From assembly GCA_030704615.1 (NCBI GenBank), contig CM060734.1:13454001-13518000 (forward strand): DNA of 64,000 bases. Direction: 5' to 3'. Source of the DNA: Takakia lepidozioides (taxonomy: Eukaryota > Plantae > Bryophyta). A program made the translations under genes and the position numbers. The notes under the pieces are model-generated. The model did no database searches. It worked only from the letters and a program-made list of their open reading frames with translations, and was not told the DNA's origin. Positions 52,501 to 62,370 of this stretch are shown in pieces (the stretch's first letter is position 1; every line of letters starts with the position of its first letter).

Positions 52501-53700
52501 TTCTTAGTTCCATATATATTCGACATTGTACTACCACGTACATCCTAAAGCAACAAAAAAGAGTTGTGTTATTCATCTGGCACAATGGCAGCCAACATGA
52601 TATGACCCTTCTTGATAGCAAGATAAGGAGGGATGTTGTAGTTAACCAAAGTCACAGGCCATGTTGAATGGCTACTTGACTGGACTGAATATGGGTTTAC
52701 ACCATCCGCGGAGAAGCCGAGCCGAACATGTCTTGGATCGTCCTTCAAAAAAGGCCATTGTTCCTCGGTGTGTTTCCATGCCGGCGAATCGTGAGGGCCG
52801 CACATCTTTCCGGGAGGGCTCCGATGCTCCGCATGCCACTTCATGAGTTGGGCAAATGATGGACTCCAGAATTGTGCTTTCAAGCGTGGGATGACTGGAA
52901 AATAATGCATTTTCTAACCTCCCCCACAAACACAACAAATATATCAATATTTACTTTCTGTCATTTGGATCCACATATTGTATGTAAGAGAGGGGTATAT
53001 ATTTGCAAAGGTTTGTATGTAGATATTTTGTAAAATCTACATTAGTTGAAGGATTCATGCGCACAATTGCGGACCACATCCTCGCCCCCCATTTGGAGCA
53101 TAAAATGCCACGTTCTCGAAAAGAGGCAAGACAAGTTCTAGACACAGTGGGGATGGGCTACAAAATTTTCCATGCATATCCTTGTGATCGCACCTTGTAC
53201 TATGGAGAGCATGCGCGTGCTACCACGTGTCCCAAGTGCAAAAAATCTAGATACCCAGATGATGTTCAAGGAAAGAAGATCCCACGAAATGTACATTTCT
53301 CTTATATTCTCTTTCCTGCCATTTATATTTATATACATATATACATGTGTCGACCATATCATTTTAGGGTGTAGGGTTTAAGAGGTTGTATCATTATGAT
53401 ATTATTAGGGTATGCCGAACCGGGATTGCAAATTAAGCAACAACAGTATAGTGAAAGTCGACTCACTTTTGCTCCTTTATACAAGGGTGTTTTTGCCTCG
53501 GCTTCCATTGGATTTGGGTCGGCATCTTCATCCAATGTGGCCGGGCAAGCCATATCCTCCCCAATTTGTTGTCCCTCCCCCAAGTGGTTCATTAACAAAT
53601 CCTCCATGGCTCTCACATCCTCAGTGTCCATATTGTTGTCGTGCGCATACATATCGCTACACAACTACATCGCTGTCCAAAACCACACAACACATGTGCA
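49530..53700 (-). mobile_element. CACTA/EnSpm (Tnp2/TnpD-type) transposase pseudogene with introns and two inverted segments
   Basis: HYFPVIPRLK, DSPAWK, RLGFSADGVNPY...STWPVTLVNYNIPP, DVYLHPLVDEL, DPMHIEKNV, GLKSHDYH, FFDIQVHLVVHL, GPVHARWMY, PEGSMAEGY; acidic C-terminal tail. Confidence 0.92.
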
Positions 53701-53760
53701 CACCACACACTAGTATACCACTAGTCCAACCACTAGGCTACAACTAGTCAGTCACTAGGC

Positions 53761-54663
53761 TGTCACTATGCTGCCCACTATGGCAGTCACTAGTTCACAC
53801 AATATCTTTCTCGAGTGATAAAGGAGAAGAATACAAGCACAAGCTCATGCGAGCTCATAAAGCTGAAGCATAAACTCATGCATATATAACCTCATCACTC
53901 AAATACAAGTTAAGCCAGTGCACCCCACGCCGTGGGGAATCCACACTACAGCGCCATAGCTAGGCGTGGTGAGGCTCAACTCGAGAAAGATGAGCCTCCC
54001 GCGCTTGCCGTGAAGATAACCACTCCAAGGCCTAAATCTGCCTTGACCCCTGGACTATGGCAGTCACAAGTCCACACAATCACCCCCCTAGCTGGTGCTT
54101 AGGTCCCTCTAAGTCCAGGTAGCCACAAGATGTGATAGTGACCATAGCCTCACTAAGTTCTCCACCACTGTCCCTACTACACTCAAACTCGATAGATCAA
54201 GAGGCCGGGTGCAAGAGTTTCCCCATCGTTAGTCGTCGTCTCACAACCTGTGAACTTGAGCCTGGGATCTCGTGTATTGACTCCTATGAGCTTGGCCTCC
54301 CATGTCTTGTTAGCTGCCTCTAGTCATGTCCACTGCCACTATCCCAAGCAGTGTGGATATAACCAATCTCCATCAGGAACCCTCTCAAGAGGTGGTGTCA
54401 AGCATCCCATATGCCAACCTCTTCAGCATTGATCATACACCAGCATGGTGGCTGCCCTTTTGGCAGACCCACAGAGCATGCTTCTCAAACCTACAGGTAC
54501 CACTGCCAAGTTTGGGTCAACTCTGCCATCAACATTGGGAAGGTGACATGGCGCACAATTACGCACATGGTCTTTCCAAGTCATGCCATCCCGACCCTCC
54601 AAGATCAGGACTCGTGAGGGCAACACCTCTCAAACCCTCAGAATAACACGCCCTGTAGTGACA
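53761..54663. mobile_element. LTR (8-bp inverted termini TGTCACTA...TAGTGACA)
   Basis: TG...CA with perfect 8-bp inverted ends, next to the integrase fragment. Confidence 0.65.
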
Positions 54664-54699
54664 TCCAGGGTCGTAGGAGCAGTCTGCTGCAAATAAACA

Positions 54700-55500
54700 T
54701 ACCCTAGGACAATATCCTCCACCACGTATAGTGGCATACCTCAATGTATCACGGTGTTGTGCAATGGCAAGGTTCTCAAAAGCCTGGGCATGACTTTCTT
54801 GAACAACTCTGCACGCTGATCACATGCACGTACCCACATGTCCGGATCGTCAAGGTTAAGGACTTGAGCAGTGTCCCTACGAATGGCTGTAGGCAAATCC
54901 GGCTCTCGGCCAAAGAGAAGGAAATATGGTGAGAAGGAGGCAAGTGATGTTTGTTTGCTGAGCCTGTAGCCCATGGCTAACCAAGGCACCTGAAGATCCC
55001 AATCTCCTAGGTGTCCCTTCTGCAAGCCATACTTGCGCAAACCCCTCTTCACCGTCTGAACAACTCTCTCTGCCAAGCCATCGGCCTTAGGATGATCCCG
55101 AGAAGTGGTGCGGTGGTCTATCAAGGCTTTATCACTCAAAGCCTGAAACTCCCCCAGGAACTCTCTCCCTTGGTCCGTGAGTACCTCAGCTGGAGCACCG
55201 AATCGGCTAAGCACACGATCCAAGAATGCATACGCAGCCCCCTTACTAGCCTTGTTAGGCAATGGAACCAACTCAATCCACTTGGAGAAGTGCTCTACCA
55301 TCATCAACACATATCTGTGGTGGCGCATAGTCAGTGGCAACGGTCCTGCGAAGTCAAGACTCCACCTGCAGCCCAATCCCATGATTGGTAAAAGATGCAA
55401 CTGTAGTGTAGGGGCGTTGAATGAAGCACGCACCCTGTCACACACCATGCACCTAGCCACGAACTGTTGCACCTCTGTACGCATATCACGCCACCAATAG
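54700..55500 (-). mobile_element. Ty3/gypsy integrase fragment, cut at 55500 by the next element
   Basis: YWWRDM...C..CDR, RWSLDFAGPLP, VEHFSKWIE, VLTDQGREF, HPKADGLAERVVQ (DDE core). Confidence 0.9.
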
Positions 55501-56393
55501 GGGAATGCTTGCGCGTGAGCCTGGCCTGTGAGCCTGGCTAGGCTCACGCCACGTCAGCAAACATCCACGTGTTCAGGCCCTAATTCCGTGCTCCCCTCCC
55601 CTATTACCGCGGTTCCGTGCTCTCACCCCTATTACCGTGCTCCCCCCCCCTTTTACCTATGTCCGTGCTTCCCCCCCCCCTATGTCCTAATTTTTTTATC
55701 CCTCTTTACTGCCCCCACATGAATATTCCTTGTGGCCGAGAACAATGGCAGGTTTGCGGATGAATTTTGTGGGAGATCCTGACTTTGGAATGAGGAGATC
55801 GCCCACTACAGAACTGAATCTGAAAAGAAAAAATGGTTTTTTGGCAAAGCAGTACATTCACTCCAACACACAAACATTTTTCAATTCCGCACTCCAAAGA
55901 AATACCGTAGGCAATCCCTAACTGTACTTACGGGAACGCGCAGAGAACTTGAAAAACAGTATGGGATGGAAGCAAAGCCAAAACACAATTTATTGAGCCT
56001 CAGTACTTGAACCGTCAAGAAATATTGGAGGTTTCAGAGGAACCACTGCCAGAGTTAATAGCAATATCATCTATGAATACAGCAGCACATACATGACGTT
56101 TTTTTTTTCCACGACCTTTATGGAGATGCGAATACAGTGTTTGTTCGGATAACACCCGTGCGCAAGCTTCCGCGTAAACCGGCAAGCGGTTGGATCTAGG
56201 GGGACTCGGGGACATGTAGTATCCTTGGAATCCGAAAGGTGTCTGCTGATTCAATGACTGGTGCAGAACTCTGGAAAGGAACAAGAGAAATGGTGGCAGA
56301 TGTTAACATCCAGATATAGACAATGTTACGCAATTTTTTCGAACGGGAACGACACAAGGAAATGCCACATATTTTGAACGACTACAGAAGAAC

Positions 56394-59300
56394 TTACTCA
56401 CACTCAAAATCGGAGTCCACGTCCAGATCCTCGTCAGGCGCTTCGGGCTCCTCTAGAAGTCCCTCTTTGGATGGGGTAGAAGTAGTGTCCGACTCAAGCT
56501 GACGAAGCTCGCTCGAGAAGAGCTCCGTATTAGCTTCCATGCCGAAGAAGTGCCTTCCGGCGCTCTTGCAAGCATGAAAACATGCTCCTGCAAATCCAAG
56601 AAGAACGAGAAATAAAAACAGGGTTTCCCTAAGGTTACTGCCCATATGTCAATCACAATGTGAAGTGCCCCACCTGTGCCCATAGACAAGTCGACCACTC
56701 GTCCACCATGACGGCTGCATGTCTCCACCAAAGTCTGCATGAAAGCTGTAGATTTCTCCCGTGCACCTCTCCAAGGGACACCAATCGACCTTTTCATAGT
56801 TCGACCCGAGTCCACGTAATTGAAGAGAACATCATCCTCCATAGGCTCGCAGGTGGGGTCAATATGAGCTGCAAGGTCCCTCATCTGGAACTCAGCAACA
56901 CCAGGAGGAAGAGTGTCCTTCCGCCTCACCAGGCACAAAGCTTCGAACACCCGTGTCTGTCAACAATGAGGAAGAGAGCATGAGACAGAAGGCATAACCC
57001 AGCATTTTTATTTACCGAAAAAACAACGAAACATGAATTGAAAGGAACCAACTCACTTTCTGCCCCAGGAACTCGCCCTTCGTAAGAGGCAGAGTATTGA
57101 TGCATGTCCAAGTTTTGATGACACGAAACCCGGAGGCTTTCATGTAGCTGAAAAGAGTTCTTCGGGCCGACATGTCCTTTGACTGCATGAGAAGAAGAGC
57201 CCCCGAGTCCGAAAGGAATTTGTTGCTGAACGAGAAAGCCCACTGCCAATAACGAGAATCCGATTTGTTCCAAGTCGGGGTCGAATTGGAAGGGAACACA
57301 TCAGGGACAGGATAACCGTCAGGAATGTCCAGCACCACAAGGTCAGTCGCGTATGCCTGCTGAACTCCATTCACCCATTCCGGATTTTTTGTCACCTACA
57401 GGGAAAAACAGGAGACAGTGTAAGAAGCCCAATCCAAATCGAGCAGGAGATCAATCCCCTGGAAAAGCCACAACAAGATGCCAAAACACAATTATTCATA
57501 CAACAGTTTAGACAGAAGTGTTTACCTGAGTGAGGAACGAAACAAGCATGTCCCATGATTTCGAGGGCACCCCTTTGAATGTGGACTTCCTGGACTCCAT
57601 CATTGCAAGAAAACTTTCATTCAGCACCCTACGATTGAACTGGCCCAAAACCCTGGAGGGATGTTCTCTCGCCTCGTAAGGCTGCTCCCTCGACTTTGAT
57701 GTTCTCCTATCCCTCCTTGCGGAAGAAGGCTCTCTGACAGGAACCTCTGACGGTCCCCGTCCTTGCGGAGCTGCACTTTTCCCCTTCCCCTTAGGATCCC
57801 CGACAGTCTTCCCCTTTCGTTTTGGAGTGGCAGTTCTCTCGGGCTCTTTTGCAGCCAGAGTAGAAATGATTCTGTCCTGAATGTCTTTGTCTGCCAATGG
57901 GGCAATCACTGCGGCATTGTCGTTCAGGTTTCTCAAAACAACTTCATCGAATGGTGTGTCCTGTTTTGGCAGGTCGAGGTACCACCCACAGTCTCTGAAG
58001 TGCGCCCTGCTCCAGTCTCTGGCAATACCAGCCGTGTACATTGTCTTCTCATTGGAGGGGTCAGCCCATGAATAGATGAAGTCTGGGTCATCGCTAAGGT
58101 ACTTTCCCGGTATGAGGATATGATACATATACCTGAATCAAACACCAAAAACCCAGATAGTCAGTCAATCGGAAAATGGAAAAGAATAGACATTCAGAAG
58201 AAGATATTGAAATAAAGGAAGGGAACACCTGGTAATCAACTTTTGCTGTCCAGAATCAACCTTGCGTTGACGCAATGTTGATTCGAGCAGAAATGGGAAA
58301 CACCTAGTGGTTACGTTGTATTGATAGAGACAACGACTGACAAGTGCAATACAACATTGCGTCAACGCAATGTTGTTTTCACTCACAGATGAAATGGGAA
58401 ACAATGCCTGAAAACCACCATCTCACTATGTACTGCTATGGATATTCAACATTGCGTTGGCGCAATGTTGAATTCCTCTGTTGAAACAAACATCGATATT
58501 ATATCTGATAATCGAAAGTCTCCACAATTGCATGGAAGTTGGGGGATGCACAGGGACATTTCCATCAATCCATACCGCCAAACAACCTTGCGTCAACGCA
58601 AGTCTGTTTGTTGGCATAGTGAAAGCTGAAAATAGCATTTGAAATAGACTCCAAACATTGTTATGTTCAAGTTGGCAGAATTGGATCTGGATTTGAACTG
58701 CCCCAAACCAGAGGAAAAGGTACATAGTCTGCGTCTCATCAACATTGCGTTGACGCAAGGCTGATTTTCCTGTCCATTCACCCCCATTCACATGCAATAA
58801 AACGCCAGTATGGGATACCCAGATATAGGTAAGTGAAACCAGGACCATGGGAAACAACTCTTGGTCAACGCAATGTTGCTGGACAGCACATCAGAGCCCC
58901 AGAGATCCCTCAAAGCCATGCAATTCGCAAATCTGAAGTATGACAGAAGATTGCAGATGCACGCCCTTCAAGTACACAAATTGAGTAAGGAGATCACACT
59001 GGAAAACACTCGTTTCATTGCTTGCTCGCTGTTTCAGCTGGTTTTTGAACTCGTACGATCGGAGATTCCTTTGTCTTTTTCAAACTCCCTGAAGAAGCAA
59101 TTGTTCCAGACAGCGAGCTTCCACCTCCTGATATAGGCCTCCAGGTGATCCGGGGGCAAGCCATCTTGATTTTGTAGTCTGCCATCGACTCAGCAAGTGC
59201 AGCCACTGCACGTTTTCTAACTGCAAACAAGAAAGCTTGTAAGAATTTTGGAGAGGTTGGGAGCGGAATTACGGAGCAACACACATGTCTGAAAATGGTT

Positions 59301-61700
59301 TGGTGGTAACCTTACCTGGCTCCAAAATGTGGCTTTGTGTAGCCACTGGTCGAATGTCTGGTCGCTTACAACTTTTATTGCTTGTGTCTTCGGGTCTCTC
59401 TCTGGAGTTGGAACATATTCGTGTCTCTCACAAGAGGATCGAGTTCCATATCTCCAACCACCTGATTTTCGTTGCATTGTCCACCATTGAAATGGAAAGG
59501 CGATGTAGTTTCTCCTGAGTCATTTCTGGCTTGGAGCCAAACTTGTCATAGTGCACTTTCACCTGCTCCAGAAATTCTGTGCCAAGCCCTGGATCTGCTA
59601 TCCTGATTTGTTTGTCGAATGCACTCATGAGGTTCTTCCTTTGATTATTCATCTCGAACTTCATCGTGTCCTCAAGCCCAGATGCAGACCGCTGCTCTTC
59701 AGTGTGGGAATCATAGTACTCAGCTTTCGCCTTCAAGCCAGTTTCTGCTATTTCTTGCTGCATACATTGCAGGTAAAAAGAATGAAACACTGTCATTACT
59801 TGTCAGAAAATAGTAACAACAGGTAGTGTCAAGAAGCTTGCAGTGTCAAAAAGCAAGCAGTGTCAAGAAGCTTACAGTGTACATGTAGTCAAGGAAAGCC
59901 TCCTTGTCAAGCTATATATGTGCTTGTCTTCTTCTCAGCACACCTCTTCATCTGCTGTGGACTAAGACGTTCGTGAATGACTCCAGTGGCATCAGCCCTA
60001 CCTTCTGGATGCGGAACAGAGTGTGGCACAGATTGGTGGTCACATGAGATGTTTCGTTGGACCTGGAAAAACCGTCAACTCATAAGATGATTTCTAATTG
60101 TCGAAACGAGGAACAGACACAAAGATGGAGACTTACTTGTTTATGTCGTGCATGGCTGTCAAGAGCTGCGTGACATGCCCTTTGTGATCCAGAACCATGG
60201 AAACCACGCTCCAGTGCCATTCGATGTCGTTTGAGTGCATGCTTGAAATGTAATCCATCCAGGCAAGCAGTCTGTGGTTCCCATCCCAGACAAAAACATC
60301 TTCCCCATGAATGCTTTTGTGGAGGTCTTCTTCGACAGCTTGAACTCGAACTCCCTGTTCACATCCCGCCAGCATTCATCCCAAATTTGCTCAATGTCCT
60401 CTGTTACAAGACACTCCTCTCCTTTTGTGTTCATAGTGGATACGTAGAACACTACTGATCCCTTCACATAGCCGTGAACAAAGTCGTTCTTCAACTTTGT
60501 TATATCGTTCCTCAATGCCGGTCGAACAGCGGGCATGGAGATCATCCTGCAAAGCGGAATGACCAGGTTTCCGCCGGGAACCTCCATCGACATAATCACC
60601 TTCGACGAGTTCACTTTTTGCCCACCCATTATCTCCTCGGCCTTGTTTTCATAGTGTCCCTCCAGTGACTCTTCATCCTTCACCTTCTGAAGCGGCCAAA
60701 TCTTCCCCCTCGGATTTCCTTTTTCTTTTCCTCTGCACAGAATTAATAATCTGTGAGTGTGAGATTGAGCTCCCATGCATCAACCTTGCTTTGACGCAAG
60801 GTTGATTGATGGGGACGTAACTTAGACTGAAAGGCATACAGGAAAGACGTTTGGACCCAATTATGTTTTGCGTTGACGCAGGGTTCTTTTGGGAGCCTCG
60901 AAGAATGAACTTTCCCTACCTTACAGTGAGGACAGTGGGATATCGGACGCATCCATTGTGCAAAGATATCATGAAAACCAGCCTTGCGTCAACGCAAGGT
61001 TGATTCCTGTGCAGCCTCTGTTGGTTTCACTACAAGCTCTAAACATACAATATGCAGGTTGGGATCAACCTTGCGTTGACGCAAGGTTGATTGCGAGCTC
61101 TCTTATCGGGGTTCAGCGAAGCAAAATATCTACAGTAAATGGAGACTCCTGTCTCTGCTTCCTCTTGAAATCCATGATGCGTCGGAAGCATCCATGTCTC
61201 TCTACCTTGATTGTAGTGCAGTTTCTACACTGTTTTAGCCCAGCAAAAAAGCATTGAGGTCGACTTCAACCTTGCGTTGACGCAAGGTTGATGTCCACCT
61301 CAATGCTTAGCATGAAACCGTACAGATTGTGGTGCAGTTTCTGCACTGTTTGAGCCCAGCAAATACACTTTGGAGGTTGACTTCAACCTTGCGTTGACGC
61401 AAGGTTGATGTCGTCCTCAATGCTTAGCATGAAACAGAGAGAGAAAAAGACAGAAACAGAGAGAGAAAAAGAAAAGTTCGTAGCTACCTGGGGTTTCTGC
61501 TTTGCACTTGATGATGCTCCTGTCGCGTTCAATTTTTCCATGCGGTCTTGAGGTAACATGCTTCCAAGGAGGTCGCGATGGTGCGAAACAGGGGCAGACG
61601 GCCGCGTTCCTACGTCCGTTTGTTCTCCCTGGTCTTTGAAGGCCAGGTTCTGTACTCTCACTGCTTCCTCCCGAGCCCACTTACTTCCTCCTCATCCCCT
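56394..61700 (-). CDS. ParB-like domain fused to a beta-class N4C/N6A DNA methyltransferase-like domain; exons ~61700-61487, ~60732-60137, 60062-59876, ~59766-59316, 59220-~58999, 58132-57526, 57395-57057, 56956-56674, 56587-56394 (5' exons carry indels, last four exons open)
   Basis: ParB-like IPLCRM...VRP...L...F...GY...FVWDGNHRLLAW. Methyltransferase motif IV-like DLVVLDIPDG, then REKSTAFMQTLVETCSRHGGRVVDLSMGTGACFHACKSAGRHFFGME, matching the EKP..L...LI...S..G..VLD.F.GSG...A....GR..IG.E pattern. Confidence 0.75.
58253..61408. repeat. Twelve intronic ~26-bp palindromes TCAACMTTGCG-TTGA-CGCAAKGTTGA in two clusters
   Basis: Copies at ~58253, 58351, 58444, 58579, 58738, 58855 and ~60779, 60868 (partial), 60979, 61064, 61266, 61383. 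Confidence 0.95.
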
Positions 61701-62100
61701 CCTTCGATTGCAGGTTGCTCGTCTGTCGCCTCCTGGATCACTTCAAGACCTTCCTCTCCACACTGCGGTTGCTGAATCCTCTTTTGCCCTTCCTCTTCCT
61801 CATCTCGCGGGGTTTCTTCTCCATTCTAAGCTCCCGTCTCGCCTTTCTCATCCTCTCCTTAGCGCGTGCCCTTTCCTTGTTTGACGTGAAATACAGTGTT
61901 CTTCGACGCTGCTTCTCCCTCGAAGTAGGGACACCGTCTCTGCGGAATCCAGGGTTGCAAAGAAAATGAGTTACTTAGGCAAAAAGAACACTATCTGAGG
62001 TTCATCGCGGGGCCTTCAACGCCAAGATGTTCGCTCGGACCGTTCAGTGCGCCACCGACTCAATCCACATGCATGGCGAACACGTGTCTATGTAGTCGTT

Positions 62101-62283
62101 ATGTAAAACGGCCGGAATTATTGAAACATCATCCTTCCAAAAATGTAATCGGGGTATCTCTACCCCTATGTTTAACGGCGGAGATCAATGAATCATCATC
62201 CTTACAAAATTCGTTGGGGTCTAACCCTATGTATAACGGGCAGATATCATTCAAACATCATCCATCCAAAAAATCGTTAGGGT
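62101..62283. repeat. Three degenerate ~61-67 bp repeats between the divergent genes
   Basis: ATGT.TAACGG...CATCATCC..CAAAA...GGGT units at 62101, 62168 and 62229. Confidence 0.75.
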
Positions 62284-62370
62284 GTAATCGACTCTCATCT
62301 GAAAAAATTCATTGTTGGGTAATTTAGGGTGGAATGTTCCAGAGGAATGAAATTATATTCAGTTGTGCAG

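Noticed and set aside
53363-53385. Interstitial telomere tract
   Set aside because: Only one perfect TTTAGGG plus degenerate units; mentioned only as junction sequence.
58253-61408. CRISPR array (palindromic repeats with spacers)
   Set aside because: Eukaryotic intronic context, irregular long spacers that are partly duplicated, mixed repeat orientation, and no cas genes. The same applies to 36953-37424.
56394-61700. Bacterial or phage contamination as the source of the ParB-methyltransferase gene
   Set aside because: The gene has GT-AG introns conserved in a second copy and is nested among plant TEs.
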